The notes beneath the pieces were generated by a model. That model searched no databases, had not been told where the DNA came from, and worked only from the letters and a program-made list of their open reading frames with translations. From an uncultured Bacilli bacterium (GTDB lineage Bacteria > Bacillota_I > Bacilli_A > RF39 > UBA660), in assembly GCA_944358115.1 (NCBI GenBank), contig CALVQH010000004.1:1-44592 (forward strand): a stretch of DNA of 44,592 bases. The letters run 5' to 3'. Numbering within the stretch: position 1 is the stretch's first letter; each line of letters starts with the position of its first letter. A program made the translations under genes and the position numbers. Below are positions 1 through 10,581 of the stretch, one piece after another.

Positions 1-164
1 AACAATTAGGTACAATACAGTTATAACCAATTTTTTCGCATGCTCAAAAATTGTCATAACTTTCTAAACATTATAAACAAATTTTTGAAACTAATCAATC
101 TTTTTTAAAATATAGTGCACTTTTGATTTTTACTTGCATAGATTAAAATAGAGGAGGAATCAAA

Positions 165-695
165 TTGGCAAGTTTTAAAGAAATTGTTACCAAGGCTGTC
201 ATTGGTAAAGCGAAAAAAACAAGTGTATCTAAATTTTCAGTAACCCCTAATGAGGTTCCAGATACAGTTTTAGGTTGTTGGGTGATTAATCATACTTTTG
301 AAGGAAGTAGTCAAAATGGCGCAGTTGTCATTCATGGTGGTTTTGATGTTAATGTATGGTATTCTTATAATAATGATACAAAAACAGCAGTTGCAACAGA
401 ACATTTTACTTATGAAGATAAGATGAATATTAAATTAAAAGATGGAGCTGTTTTAACAGATGCTTCCGAAATTATTGTAAGAAGTTTAACACAACCAACT
501 GTTACGGATGTTAGTGTAGAAAATGGTGTTGTTCAATTATCTATTGAAAAAGAACTTGGTGTCGAAATTGTGGGTAATACGATGATTAAAGTAAGTGTAG
601 AAGAAGAGGAAGATGATTATGAAGTACTTGATGAAGAAGAAGAGGAAGAAGCAGATGAAGTAATAAAAGAAATCGATGAGGATTATTTGAAATAG
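165..695 (+). CDS. cotE: Outer spore coat morphogenetic protein CotE
   Basis: EIVTKAVIGK, CWVINH, DVNVWYSY..TKT motifs and acidic C-tail match recalled B. subtilis CotE; GAGGAGG RBS before TTG start. Confidence 0.9.
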   Translation: MASFKEIVTKAVIGKAKKTSVSKFSVTPNEVPDTVLGCWVINHTFEGSSQNGAVVIHGGFDVNVWYSYNNDTKTAVATEHFTYEDKMNIKLKDGAVLTDASEIIVRSLTQPTVTDVSVENGVVQLSIEKELGVEIVGNTMIKVSVEEEEDDYEVLDEEEEEEADEVIKEIDEDYLK

Positions 696-711
696 TGTCA
701 ACCAAAAATAG

Positions 712-740
712 TTGACACTTAATTCTCTTTATGGTAGAAT
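712..740 (+). promoter_or_regulatory. sigmaA promoter of rpsP-khpA
   Basis: TTGACA-17 nt-TAGAAT with TG extension; the -35 lies in the arm of the hairpin agtgtcaac/gttgacact after cotE. Confidence 0.8.
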
Positions 741-764
741 GTAGTAACAAAGGAGGAAAACTTT

Positions 765-1040
765 ATGGCAGTTAAATTAAGACTTAAGAGAATGGGATCT
801 AAACAAAAACCATTTTATCGTATTGTAGCCGCTGATGCTAGAAGTCCAAGAGATGGACGTTTCATTGAAACTGTTGGTACATACAATCCAGTTCGTAAAC
901 CAGCAGAAGTAAGTGTTGATGAAGAAAAAGCATTAAAGTGGTTAAATAATGGTGCAATCCCAACTGATACTGTTCGTTCTATTCTTTCTAAAGAAGGAAT
1001 TATGCGTAAGTATGCAGAACAAAAAAAAGCAGGTAAGTAG
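765..1040 (+). CDS. rpsP: 30S ribosomal protein S16
   Basis: [31 protein letters not shown] signature. Confidence 0.99.
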   Translation: MAVKLRLKRMGSKQKPFYRIVAADARSPRDGRFIETVGTYNPVRKPAEVSVDEEKALKWLNNGAIPTDTVRSILSKEGIMRKYAEQKKAGK

Positions 1041-1041
1041 T

Positions 1042-1287
1042 ATGGAAATTACAGAATTCGCAACTTATTTAATTAAGAATATTGTAAAGAATCCAGATTT
1101 AGTTCGCGTTAGTGCCTTTACTCAAGATGAAGATGAAACCATATTAGAGATTTTAGTTTCTGATGAAGATATGGGTGCTGTGATTGGTAAAGCTGGTAAA
1201 AATGCGAAAGCAATTCGAACTTTAATTTTAGCATATGCTTATGTAAATCATATTAAGAATGTTAAAATTAATATTGATTCATTTTAA
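1042..1287 (+). CDS. khpA: KH-domain RNA-binding protein KhpA
   Basis: DMGAVIGKAGKNAKAIRT KH motif; conserved position after rpsP; start moved to ATG 1042. Confidence 0.92.
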   Translation: MEITEFATYLIKNIVKNPDLVRVSAFTQDEDETILEILVSDEDMGAVIGKAGKNAKAIRTLILAYAYVNHIKNVKINIDSF

Positions 1288-1312
1288 AAAATCTCTTTTT
1301 AGGGATTTTTTT
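1286..1312 (+). terminator. Intrinsic terminator after khpA
   Basis: aaaaaatctc/gggatttttt hairpin followed by T-run. Confidence 0.65.
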
Positions 1313-1374
1313 GATTTTATTATTTTATTTTTTATTATTTTTTGATATACTTAAAAAAGAAAGTGGGTTTTAAC

Positions 1375-2379
1375 ATGAAAGAATTTAGTAGAGCGGTAAC
1401 AAAATCAATTTTAACAGGAATTCAACCTTCTGGGGTTATTACACTTGGTAATTACATTGGAGCGATTAAACAAATGGTGAGAATGCAAGATGAATTTAAA
1501 TCTACTATCTTTATTGCTGATATGCATGCGATTACGGTAGCACAAGATCCAAAAACGTTACATGAAAATATTCGCAGTTTAGTTGCTTTATATATTGCTT
1601 GTGGAATCGATCCTGAGAAAAATATTATTTTTATTCAATCTGAAAATGAATATCATGCCAATATTTCATGGCTTTTAGAGTGCACAACACCTTTTGGAGA
1701 ATTATCAAGAATGACTCAGTTTAAAGATAAGAGTAGTAAGAATGCTAATTTTTATGCAGGGTTATTTACTTATCCAGTTTTAATGGCAGCGGATATTCTG
1801 GCTTATGATGTAGATTATGTTCCGGTTGGGATTGATCAGAAGCAACATGTCGAACTTGCACGTAATATTGCAGAAAGATTTAATAAAAAGTTTGGGGAAA
1901 CATTTAAAATTCCGGATGTTTATATTACGAAAGAAGGAACAAAAATTATGGATTTAGTAAATCCAGATAAGAAAATGAGTAAGTCTAGTGACAATCCTAA
2001 GGGTGTTATTCGAATTTTGGATGATGTAAGTGATATTCGTAAAAAAATTATGGGAGCTACGACTGATAGTGATTGTGTGGTTCGTTTTGATCCTGAAAAT
2101 AAACCGGGAATTAGTAATTTAATTAATATTTGTGTTGCTATTACTGGAAAAACTGTGGAAGAAATTGAAGAGATGTTTCAAGGAAAAAATTATGGAGAAT
2201 TTAAAAAATATGTAGCTGAAGTTGTTATTCAAGAAATTAGTGCTATTCAAAAACGTTATGATGAGATTGTAAATAGTGATAAGCTTGATCAAATACTAGA
2301 TGAAAATATTTTAATTACCAGAGAAATTGCTCGAAAGAAATTTATGGATATGAAACATAAAATGGGGTTATATAAATAA
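1375..2379 (+). CDS. trpS: Tryptophanyl-tRNA synthetase
   Basis: TGIQPSG..TLGNYIG, VPVGIDQKQHVEL, KMSKS motifs; ATG 1375 preferred over TTG 1342. Confidence 0.97.
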   Translation: MKEFSRAVTKSILTGIQPSGVITLGNYIGAIKQMVRMQDEFKSTIFIADMHAITVAQDPKTLHENIRSLVALYIACGIDPEKNIIFIQSENEYHANISWLLECTTPFGELSRMTQFKDKSSKNANFYAGLFTYPVLMAADILAYDVDYVPVGIDQKQHVELARNIAERFNKKFGETFKIPDVYITKEGTKIMDLVNPDKKMSKSSDNPKGVIRILDDVSDIRKKIMGATTDSDCVVRFDPENKPGISNLINICVAITGKTVEEIEEMFQGKNYGEFKKYVAEVVIQEISAIQKRYDEIVNSDKLDQILDENILITREIARKKFMDMKHKMGLYK

Positions 2380-2408
2380 TTGACTTCGGGGAATCTTAAT
2401 AGTATACT
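2380..2408 (+). promoter_or_regulatory. sigmaA promoter of cdsA-rseP
   Basis: TTGACT-17 nt-TATACT. Confidence 0.7.
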
Positions 2409-2433
2409 TGATATAGTAAGAAAGTAGGATATT

Positions 2434-3225
2434 ATGAAAAAAAGAATTATTAGTGCCATAGTTATGCTTATTATTGTTATTCCAGTTGTATGGTATGGTG
2501 GTGATTTGTTTCGATTGGGTGTTGGTGTAGTTAGTATTTTAGCCTTAAAAGAACTCATGGATTTAAAGAAAAGTCATCAACCATTTCCTATTTTAGTGCA
2601 ACTCATTGCCGTTATTTCTTTGTTATTTTTAGTATTAACAGAGTATGAAGGGTATTCTATTTTGTTTGGTATTACTTATCGGGGACTGGCAATTATGCTT
2701 CTTAGTTTACTTGCTTTGTCGCTCTTTTATGACGATAAGAAATATCGTGCTACGGATGCTTTTTTCTTAATTAGTTCGGTGGTATTATTAGGAGTTTCCT
2801 TTAATGCAATGATTTTAGCGAGAATGACGGATCTTTATTTGTTTATTTATTTAATTCTTATCTTTATTTTTACTGATACCTTTGCAATGCTTATGGGAAT
2901 GGCTTTTGGACGACATAAATTAATTCCGAAGGTTAGTCCGAAAAAGACAGTAGAGGGAAGCGTTTTAGGTACTCTTATTGGTACAATAGTTGCCTCTACG
3001 TTTTATCACTTCTTTGTCAGTCCGATTACATTTAATGTGATTATTGTTACTTTGGCATTATCTGTGATTGGTCAAATTGGTGATTTAATTTTCAGTAAAA
3101 TAAAAAGAGAAAATGATATCAAAGATTTTAGTAATTTAATTCCTGGTCATGGGGGAATTTTAGACCGGCTTGATAGTACCATTGCAATTATGTTAGGCTT
3201 TTTGTTGTTATATTCATTTATATAG
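2434..3225 (+). CDS. cdsA: Phosphatidate cytidylyltransferase
   Basis: SPKKTVEG, IKDFSNLIPGHGGILDRLDS motifs; polytopic membrane protein. Confidence 0.96.
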   Translation: MKKRIISAIVMLIIVIPVVWYGGDLFRLGVGVVSILALKELMDLKKSHQPFPILVQLIAVISLLFLVLTEYEGYSILFGITYRGLAIMLLSLLALSLFYDDKKYRATDAFFLISSVVLLGVSFNAMILARMTDLYLFIYLILIFIFTDTFAMLMGMAFGRHKLIPKVSPKKTVEGSVLGTLIGTIVASTFYHFFVSPITFNVIIVTLALSVIGQIGDLIFSKIKRENDIKDFSNLIPGHGGILDRLDSTIAIMLGFLLLYSFI

Positions 3226-3236
3226 GAGAGGATATT

Positions 3237-4289
3237 ATGTGGTTTATTGTTTTAATTTTATTAATCTTTATTTTAGGGCTGATTATTTTAGTACATGAAT
3301 TTGGACATTTTATTACTGCGAAAAAAGCTGGTGTGCATATTTATGAGTTTTCTATTGGAATGGGGCCATTAATTAAAACCCATAAAGGAAAAGATGGGAT
3401 TAATTATAATATTAGAGCTCTTCCTATTGGTGGATTTGTATCCATGGCTGGTGAAGTATATGAAGATGATGATTCTAAAACCATTAAAAAAGAAGATTTT
3501 ATGTGTAATAAGAAATGGTGGCAAAGAGTTATCATATTAGCAGCAGGTGTATTTAATAATTTCTTACTTGCGATTATTATTTTATTTGTTATGGCACTTA
3601 TTTGGGGAGCTAATAGTTTGGAACCAAGAGTTGGGACCGTGTTAGAAGATTCTGCAGCAGAAGAGGGTGGCCTACAAGTAGGTGATTTGATTCAATCTAT
3701 TAATGGGCATTCCGTTTCTACTTGGGATCAAACACAAATTATTTTATATTTAAAAAATGATAGTAATGTTTATACCTTTGAAGTATTAAGAGATGGTGAG
3801 ACTGTTACTTTAGAATTAGAACCAGATGTAACTAAAAATGATGCTGGGGAAGAACAAAAGACATTTGGCTTTGGTATTGAACAGAAAACCGAAAGAGGAT
3901 TATGGGCTAGTATCAAATATGCTTTTGAAAGATTCTGGAGTTTGATTTCAACGATGTGGATTACGGTAATCAATTTATTTACCGGTCAAATTTCATTAAG
4001 TAGTTTATCTGGTCCAGTTGGTATTTATCATGTAGTAGGTGAGTCTTTATCAATGGGAATTCAACAAATTGTTTATTTAATTGCTTTCTTAAGTATTAAT
4101 GTTGGTTTAATTAATATTTTACCAATTCCGGCTTTTGATGGAGGAAGAATATTGTTCTTAATTATTGAGAAAATTAAAGGTAGTCCAATTAATGCAAAGT
4201 TTGAAAATGCTTGTCATATGGTTTTCTTCTTCTTAATTATTTTACTTATGATATATATTACGGTATTTGATATTATCAGATTTACTTAG
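3237..4289 (+). CDS. rseP: RIP metalloprotease RseP/RasP (M50, PDZ)
   Basis: HEFGH zinc motif, NILPIPAFDGG, synteny after cdsA. Confidence 0.95.
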   Translation: MWFIVLILLIFILGLIILVHEFGHFITAKKAGVHIYEFSIGMGPLIKTHKGKDGINYNIRALPIGGFVSMAGEVYEDDDSKTIKKEDFMCNKKWWQRVIILAAGVFNNFLLAIIILFVMALIWGANSLEPRVGTVLEDSAAEEGGLQVGDLIQSINGHSVSTWDQTQIILYLKNDSNVYTFEVLRDGETVTLELEPDVTKNDAGEEQKTFGFGIEQKTERGLWASIKYAFERFWSLISTMWITVINLFTGQISLSSLSGPVGIYHVVGESLSMGIQQIVYLIAFLSINVGLINILPIPAFDGGRILFLIIEKIKGSPINAKFENACHMVFFFLIILLMIYITVFDIIRFT

Positions 4290-4352
4290 TAGCGTACTAC
4301 TTGAAAATGTACCTAATTTATGATAGACGCGTGTAGATGAAGGGAACTTCAT

Positions 4353-4540
4353 AAAAAAATGAGGAACATTCAATATTTCTAGTGCCTAAGTGCTGTCAAA
4401 TATTTGGATGGCACCTAATTCATTAGATGAGTTAGGTGCTCTTTTAATTTAACACTACAAAAAGTAAGGCCACAAGTAAAAAGATGATAATAAGTAGATT
4501 TTTAAGATTAGAGGTAGCACCCCGCTATTCAATGTTCTTA
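4353..4540 (-). ncRNA. Candidate structured ~190 nt transcript (type I toxin mRNA-like)
   Basis: Minus-strand promoter at 4546-4574; 5'/3' ends complementary (4526-4539 with 4362-4375) followed by U7; contains a hydrophobic reading frame 4524-4444. Confidence 0.45.
4411..4445 (+). terminator. Strong intrinsic terminator (rseP operon or antisense RNA)
   Basis: 13-bp stem gcacctaattcat/atgagttaggtgc (one G-U) then tctttt. Confidence 0.8.
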
Positions 4541-4545
4541 ACAAT

Positions 4546-4574
4546 ATTATAACAAACGCTTGTTTGTTTTGCAA
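4546..4574 (-). promoter_or_regulatory. sigmaA promoter, minus strand
   Basis: TTGCAA-17 nt-TATAAT with TGn extended -10. Confidence 0.75.
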
Positions 4575-4646
4575 ATATAAAATATTGACTTACTAATAAA
4601 AAGTAAGACTTTTTTTTACCTTTGTTTTGTGATAGAATATAGATAT

Positions 4647-4723
4647 GTCCCAATAGTTCAGCTGGATAGAATGCTAGCCTCCGACGCTAGAGATCGTGGG
4701 TTCGAATCCCGCTTGGGACACCA
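4647..4723 (+). tRNA. tRNA-Arg(CCG)
   Basis: Acceptor gtcccaa/ttgggac, anticodon arm ctagc-ctCCGac-gctag, GTTCGAATC T-loop, encoded CCA; 77 nt. Confidence 0.97.
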
Positions 4724-4750
4724 TTTATTTTAGCAACATGGGAGTTTTGG

Positions 4751-5458
4751 ATGAAGACATATATTGTATTAGATGAATCGGGTGCGATGCATTTAAAAAA
4801 TGAACGCTTTTTTGTAATTGCGGGCTTTATGACAAGAGAACTTCATAAAGTTACTTCGGTTCATAAAAGAATTGAAAAAATTGTCAAAAAAAGAAAAAAT
4901 ATTCCCATTACAACTAAAATAGAACTTAAATCATCCAAAATTAATGATAGTCAACAAGCTTTGTTTTTAAATCAATTATATGCTATGCCAGAAGTAATTC
5001 CTATTGCAATTGTGGTTGATAAAGAGAATTTAACGAAATTGAAAGCTTCAGAAAATGTTGCTTATAATTTCTTTGTTAAAAATCTGTTAAAGTATTTATT
5101 TGAGTGTCATATTCCGCTTTTACAAACAAAAGAAATAGAGTTAAGAGTAGATAATCGCAGTATATCGGTGAAAGCTTTAAAAGATTTGGAAACGTTTTTA
5201 CAATGGGAATTTGAAGATAGAGATTTTAATGTAACTGTACATTATTTAGATTCGAAAGATAATCGGGATATTCAAATGGCAGACTATGTGGCCAATTTAG
5301 TTTGGAAAAAATATAATTGTCCGAAAGAGAGTTTATCCGAGAAAATTCCTAGATATGATCAAATATATCTTTCGAAGTTTCCTTTACAAAATTTTGGTGC
5401 TAATCCTAGTATAAAAGAGAAAAAAAAGACATTACAAAGAAGCAAAAATATGGTATAA
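4751..5458 (+). CDS. DUF3800 domain protein (predicted RNase H-like fold)
   Basis: N-terminal YIVLDESG, ELKSS, VD.R and DS...IQMADYVAN motifs typical of DUF3800. Confidence 0.85.
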   Translation: MKTYIVLDESGAMHLKNERFFVIAGFMTRELHKVTSVHKRIEKIVKKRKNIPITTKIELKSSKINDSQQALFLNQLYAMPEVIPIAIVVDKENLTKLKASENVAYNFFVKNLLKYLFECHIPLLQTKEIELRVDNRSISVKALKDLETFLQWEFEDRDFNVTVHYLDSKDNRDIQMADYVANLVWKKYNCPKESLSEKIPRYDQIYLSKFPLQNFGANPSIKEKKKTLQRSKNMV

Positions 5459-5459
5459 T
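5432..5459 (+). promoter_or_regulatory. Promoter embedded in the 3' end of the DUF3800 gene
   Basis: TGgTATAAT extended -10 (5451-5459) overlapping the stop codon; TTACAA 16 nt upstream. Confidence 0.6.
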
Positions 5460-5465
5460 TTATTT

Positions 5466-5582
5466 AGAAGACCTTTAAGGTGTATCGAACTAAGCAAAGT
5501 GAAGCGAAGGCTCTAATCGTAATGTAAGTACGGGATCCCTTAGGCAGTTGGACAACTTGAAAAGAGTTGTCTTTCTTTTTTT
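5466..5582 (+). ncRNA. Candidate DUF3800-associated ncRNA
   Basis: Own promoter, locally raised GC, hairpins agc-gaag-gct and cgta-atgtaag-tacg, terminator gacaact/agttgtc + T-run, no convincing ORF. Confidence 0.65.
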
Positions 5583-5650
5583 GCTATTTTTCTTTTTAAA
5601 GGGTGTACTTTTAAACTAATGTATGCTATTATATTTAGTAGGGTGATAAG

Positions 5651-6205
5651 ATGTATAATTATATTATTGGGAAAATAACTTTACAGGAGAGCAATTATAT
5701 TGTAGTGGAAGTAAATCACATTGGTTATACTGTTTATGTTGCTAATCCTTTTAGTTTTGAATTAGATCATGAAGAAAAAGTTTATTTATATAATCAAATT
5801 AGAGAAGATGAATATTCTTTATATGGATTTAAATCCGAAGATGAAAGAAATTTATTTTTAAAGCTTATTAATGTCAAAGGGTTAGGACCTAAGATGGCAA
5901 TGCCGATGCTTGCTACAGGATCTATTGCTGGTATTATTGATGCGATTGATCGAGAAAATATTTTGTATCTTACGAAATTTCCTAAGATTGGGGAAAAACT
6001 TGCCAGACAAATTATTCTTGATTTAAAAGGAAAACTTGCTAGTAAAAATGATATTAATTTAAGTGGAGATTTTGATGAACTTGTTAGTGTATTAGAAAGC
6101 TTAGGTTATAAAAATGCAGAAATTAAGAAAGTGTTACCAAAGGTAAATGCTTCTTTGGAAATTGAAGATCAAATTAAGGAAGCACTCAAGTTGATGTTAA
6201 AATGA
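5651..6205 (+). CDS. ruvA: Holliday junction branch migration protein RuvA
   Basis: LYGF, LINVKGLGPKMA, IGEKLARQIILDLKGK, LESLGY. Confidence 0.97.
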   Translation: MYNYIIGKITLQESNYIVVEVNHIGYTVYVANPFSFELDHEEKVYLYNQIREDEYSLYGFKSEDERNLFLKLINVKGLGPKMAMPMLATGSIAGIIDAIDRENILYLTKFPKIGEKLARQIILDLKGKLASKNDINLSGDFDELVSVLESLGYKNAEIKKVLPKVNASLEIEDQIKEALKLMLK

Positions 6206-6723
6206 TTTTAGGAATTGATATTGATGATACGATTACTGATAGCAGTAAAACGATAGAGACTTATTTAAAAAAAGAATATCCTGGTTATGAAAATTATCAT
6301 ATGCTTCCGAAAAAAGAATATAAACGTTTTTTGAAGAAATATATTAAAGAAATGCGTGATGCTTATCCAATTAAAGAAGGAGTATTAGAAGCTTGGGATT
6401 ACTTTCGAAAACATCATTTTAAAATTATTATCATTACCGCTCGAGATAATAAAAATTATAGGGAAAATATTAAAGATACAAAGAAGTTTTTAGCTCGGCA
6501 TGGAATTTTTTATGATAAAATATATTTTAAGCAAAAGAAAAAGGGAAAAAAAGCCAAAAAAGAGCATATTGATTTATTTATTGATGATAAAGAGAAGAAT
6601 TTGGATTCAGTTTCACGATATGGGATTTCTTGTGTTTGTTTAGGAACAAGTAGTAAATATCCTAGTTTTCTTGATTGGTATTCATTACTTGATTATATTA
6701 AGGAGGTAGAACAACATGGATGA
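6202..6723 (+). CDS. HAD-superfamily 5'(3')-deoxyribonucleotidase-like hydrolase
   Basis: [20 protein letters not shown] motifs; overlaps ruvA stop and ruvB start. Confidence 0.75.
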   Translation: MILGIDIDDTITDSSKTIETYLKKEYPGYENYHMLPKKEYKRFLKKYIKEMRDAYPIKEGVLEAWDYFRKHHFKIIIITARDNKNYRENIKDTKKFLARHGIFYDKIYFKQKKKGKKAKKEHIDLFIDDKEKNLDSVSRYGISCVCLGTSSKYPSFLDWYSLLDYIKEVEQHG

Positions 6724-7723
6724 TGAAAGAATCTTAGATGTTGAAGAGTTAGATACCGATACTTTCGAAACAAGTTTAAGACCACAAACGTTAGCAGAAT
6801 ATGTTGGACAAGAAGAAATTAAAGCTAATTTAAAAGTATTTATTGAAGCGGCTAAAATGCGGGGAGAAGCACTCGATCATGTTTTATTATACGGGCCTCC
6901 AGGACTTGGTAAAACAACCCTTGCACATATTATTGCTAATGAACTAGGAAGTAATATTAAAACAGCTAGTGGACCTTCTTTAGAGAAAAGTGGGGATTTA
7001 GCAGCGGTTTTATCGACGATTGAACCTGGTGATGTTTTATTTATTGATGAAATTCATAGAATGCCTAAGTTTGTTGAAGAAATTTTGTATCCAGCGATGG
7101 AAGATTTTGAACTGGATATTATTATTGGCGCAGATGGTAAGAGTAGAAGTATTAAAATTGATTTACCACCCTTTACTTTAGTAGGAGCAACAACAAGAGC
7201 AGGCGATCTTTCTAGTCCGCTTCGTGATCGATTCGGGATTGTCTCTAAACTAAATTATTATAAAGATAGTGAATTACAACAAATTGTGAAGAGAACTGGT
7301 AGGGTTCTTGATATGGAAATAGATGATGATGCCGCTTTAGAAATTGCTAAAAGATGCAGGAAGACACCAAGAGTTGCGAATCGGTTATTTAAACGAGTTC
7401 GTGATTTTGCATTAGTGGAAGGTAGTGGCAAAATTGATTATGATATTACCGTTGAAAGTTTAAAGAGATTACAAGTAGATGAATATGGTTTGGATCAAAT
7501 CGACATTGAATATTTAACGGCTTTAATTAATAAATTTAATGGTGGCCCAGTTGGGGTTGAGACAATTGCAACAGCGATTGGGGAGGAAGTTACAACCATT
7601 GAAGATGTTGTTGAACCATTTTTACTTCAAGAAGGATTTATTAAACGAACTCAAAGAGGAAGAATGGCGACGGATAAAGCTTATGATCATTTAAAGATTG
7701 TAAGACAAGGAACACTTTTTTAG
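6716..7723 (+). CDS. ruvB: Holliday junction helicase RuvB
   Basis: [29 protein letters not shown]. Confidence 0.99.
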   Translation: MDDERILDVEELDTDTFETSLRPQTLAEYVGQEEIKANLKVFIEAAKMRGEALDHVLLYGPPGLGKTTLAHIIANELGSNIKTASGPSLEKSGDLAAVLSTIEPGDVLFIDEIHRMPKFVEEILYPAMEDFELDIIIGADGKSRSIKIDLPPFTLVGATTRAGDLSSPLRDRFGIVSKLNYYKDSELQQIVKRTGRVLDMEIDDDAALEIAKRCRKTPRVANRLFKRVRDFALVEGSGKIDYDITVESLKRLQVDEYGLDQIDIEYLTALINKFNGGPVGVETIATAIGEEVTTIEDVVEPFLLQEGFIKRTQRGRMATDKAYDHLKIVRQGTLF

Positions 7724-7819
7724 AGGTGATAAGTATGCTACAGATTTTGTTAGAAATAGAGTCTTATTTATGTTAAAATCGGAATTTTAAAGAATTATAA
7801 AAAGAAAGGAAGATTTTAA

Positions 7820-8677
7820 ATGAAATTAATTGATGGGAAACTTGTTTCCGAGAAAATAAAAGAAGAATTAAAAGAAAAAATAGAAAAAAATCACTTGCAT
7901 CCAGGGCTAGCTATTATTTTGGCTAATCATGATTCAGCAAGTGAAATATATGTAAGAAATAAAATCAAAGCTTGTGAAAAGATTGGAATAAAGGCTTTGC
8001 TATATCAATTTGATGAAAATAATACTGAAGAAGAGATTATAAAGTGCATTCAAAAATTTAATGAAGATTCAACTATTCATGGTATTATTGTACAAAGTCC
8101 GGTTGCTCCTCAGTTTCATGAAGATGTGATTACTCGTTATATTGATCCTAAAAAAGACGTAGATGGTTTTGGCATCATGAGTCTTGGCTATTTGGCAAGC
8201 AATCGAACGAAGTTTTTATCAGCAACCCCTTATGGAATTATTAAATTGTTAGAATATGAACAGATTGCTATTCGTGGTACTCATGTAGTGATTGTGGGAC
8301 GAAGTAAGATTGTAGGAAGACCCTTAGCGCTTGCTTTATTAAACCGTGATGCGACAGTTACGATTGCTCACTCAAAAACAAAGAATTTAAAAGAAATTAC
8401 AAAGCAAGCTGATATTTTAGTTGTTGCGATTGGCAAAGCTAAGTTTATCACCGATGAATATATTAAAGATGGAGCTGTCGTGATTGATGTAGGAATTAAC
8501 CGAATTGAGGGAAAGCTTTATGGTGATGTCGATCAAGAAGCGGTTAGTAAGAAGGCTCTTTATTTGACCCCTGTTCCGGGTGGAGTTGGACCAATGACCA
8601 TTGCAATGCTTTTATCTAATGTTGTAGATAGTGCTTTAGCAGAAAGAGAGGAGATAAAACATGGATCCAAGAATTAA
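7820..8677 (+). CDS. folD: Methylenetetrahydrofolate dehydrogenase/cyclohydrolase
   Basis: [32 protein letters not shown]. Confidence 0.97.
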   Translation: MKLIDGKLVSEKIKEELKEKIEKNHLHPGLAIILANHDSASEIYVRNKIKACEKIGIKALLYQFDENNTEEEIIKCIQKFNEDSTIHGIIVQSPVAPQFHEDVITRYIDPKKDVDGFGIMSLGYLASNRTKFLSATPYGIIKLLEYEQIAIRGTHVVIVGRSKIVGRPLALALLNRDATVTIAHSKTKNLKEITKQADILVVAIGKAKFITDEYIKDGAVVIDVGINRIEGKLYGDVDQEAVSKKALYLTPVPGGVGPMTIAMLLSNVVDSALAEREEIKHGSKN

Positions 8678-9884
8678 AAAAGCGTTAGAAGATGAAACAA
8701 AGAGGCAGCAAAATAATATAGAGTTAATTGCTTCTGAAAATTATGTATCGAAAAGTATCCTAGCTTTACAAGGGAGTATTTTTACAAATAAATATGCCGA
8801 AGGATATCCTTCTAAACGATATTATGGAGGATGCGAGAATGTTGATGTGGTAGAAAATTTGGCAATCGAATATGCTACTAAATTATTTGATGCTAAATAT
8901 GCCAATGTGCAACCTCATAGTGGTTCTAGTGCAAATATGGCGGTATATCGTTCTTTACTTTCTCCTGGTGATAAAGTAATGGGACTTAATTTGTCTCATG
9001 GAGGACATTTAACGCATGGTAATCCGGTTAATTTTAGTGGCCTTGATTATGAGTTTATTGCGTATAATTTAGATCCAGAAACAGAGATGCTTAATTATGA
9101 TGAGATTAGAAGAATTGCTTTAAAAGAACGACCACAAATGATTGTTGCTGGTGCTTCTGCTTATTCTCGTTTTATTGATTTTGAAAAGTTTAGAGATATT
9201 GCCCATGAGGTAGGAGCTTATTTATTTGTTGATATGGCACATATTGCAGGATTAGTTGCAGCTGGGTATCATCAAAATCCAGTTTACTATGCTGATGTGG
9301 TATCTTCTACTACGCATAAAACGCTTCGTGGACCTCGAGGAGGAATCATTCTTACTAATAATGAAGAAATTATTAAAAAGATTAATAAGACGATATTCCC
9401 AGGTATTCAAGGAGGTCCTTTAATGCATGTCATTGCGGCAAAAGCGGAGTGCTTTTATGAAGCTTTACAACCTGAATTTAAGGTTTATCAAGAGCAAGTT
9501 TTAAAAAATGCTAAGGTTCTTGCTAAAACTCTTCAAGAAGAAGGATTTAAAATTATTAGTGGGGGAACGGATAATCATTTGATGCTTGTAGATGTGAAAT
9601 CTTTACTTGGTATTACGGGTAAAGATGCAGAAACGATTTTGGATCAAATTCATATTACGGTTAATAAAAATACAATTCCGAATGAAACAGAATCACCTTT
9701 TAAGACAAGTGGTATTCGTCTTGGTACGCCAGCGATGACAACGAGAGGATTAAAGGAAGCGGAATTTGTGCATATCGGACACATTATTGCAAAAGCTTTG
9801 AAAAATAAAGACGATCAAGAAGTATTAAAAGAGTTAGAAAAAGAAGTTTTAGACTTAACGAGTCGTTTTCCTATATATGAGTAG
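8661..9884 (+). CDS. glyA: Serine hydroxymethyltransferase
   Basis: [28 protein letters not shown]. Confidence 0.99.
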   Translation: MDPRIKKALEDETKRQQNNIELIASENYVSKSILALQGSIFTNKYAEGYPSKRYYGGCENVDVVENLAIEYATKLFDAKYANVQPHSGSSANMAVYRSLLSPGDKVMGLNLSHGGHLTHGNPVNFSGLDYEFIAYNLDPETEMLNYDEIRRIALKERPQMIVAGASAYSRFIDFEKFRDIAHEVGAYLFVDMAHIAGLVAAGYHQNPVYYADVVSSTTHKTLRGPRGGIILTNNEEIIKKINKTIFPGIQGGPLMHVIAAKAECFYEALQPEFKVYQEQVLKNAKVLAKTLQEEGFKIISGGTDNHLMLVDVKSLLGITGKDAETILDQIHITVNKNTIPNETESPFKTSGIRLGTPAMTTRGLKEAEFVHIGHIIAKALKNKDDQEVLKELEKEVLDLTSRFPIYE

Positions 9885-9894
9885 GTGATATGGT

Positions 9895-10581
9895 ATGAGT
9901 AAAGGCAAGTTAATTGTAATTGAAGGGACAGATTGTTCTGGAAAACAAACACAAACAGATATTTTAGTAGCGAATTTAAAGAAAAATGGCTATCAAGCGA
10001 TTAGTTTTAGTTTCCCTAATTATGCTTCTCCTACAGGAAAAATTATAGGCGAGGCTTATCTTGGAAAACATGAGCCATCTTATTTTCGTGAGGGGATTGA
10101 AAATGTTGATCCGAAAATATCTAGCCTTTACTATGCGGCAGATCGTGCTTATAATATTGATATTATTAAGCGTTATTTAGAGGCAGGTTACATTGTAGTA
10201 TTAAATCGATATGTAGAATCGAATATGGCTTTTCAAGGTGGTAAAATTAAAGATATTAAGAGAAGAAATATGATGTATGAGTGGTTAGATAACTTAGAAT
10301 TTGTTTTACTGGGATTACCTAGACCGGATTATGTTTTGTTTTTGTATCTTCCTTATGAATATGTCTGTACATTAAAAGAAAAGCGTGGTAAAATAGCCAA
10401 TGCAAATTTGCTTCATATGGCAGAAATTGCTTATTTAGAGCTTTCTACTATTTATGATTATGAAAAAATTAATTGCCTTAATAAAAATGATGAATTGCGA
10501 ACTATTGAAGAGATTTCCAAAGAAATTTTTATTAAAGTAAAAGCTTTTTTAGAAACAGAGGATAAATATGAATTTAAGTGA
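9895..10581 (+). CDS. tmk: Thymidylate kinase family protein
   Basis: [13 protein letters not shown]-loop, [20 protein letters not shown]. Confidence 0.85.
   Translation: MSKGKLIVIEGTDCSGKQTQTDILVANLKKNGYQAISFSFPNYASPTGKIIGEAYLGKHEPSYFREGIENVDPKISSLYYAADRAYNIDIIKRYLEAGYIVVLNRYVESNMAFQGGKIKDIKRRNMMYEWLDNLEFVLLGLPRPDYVLFLYLPYEYVCTLKEKRGKIANANLLHMAEIAYLELSTIYDYEKINCLNKNDELRTIEEISKEIFIKVKAFLETEDKYEFK

Noticed and set aside
949..1041. N-terminal extension of khpA (similar extensions for trpS, yigZ, sigA, tig, 24794 ORF)
   Set aside because: Longest-ORF artefacts; downstream ATGs fit RBS position or family length better
4353..4540. 6S RNA, T-box, lysine riboswitch, RNase P or tmRNA
   Set aside because: Size and paired ends fit 6S, but no continuous rod with central bubble could be built by eye; agaggtagcaccccg only loosely resembles a T-box or lysine motif; RNase P and tmRNA signatures are absent. 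Only cmscan can fully exclude 6S.
4647..5650. tRNA-anchored genomic island
   Set aside because: No integrase and no duplicated tRNA 3' end noticed
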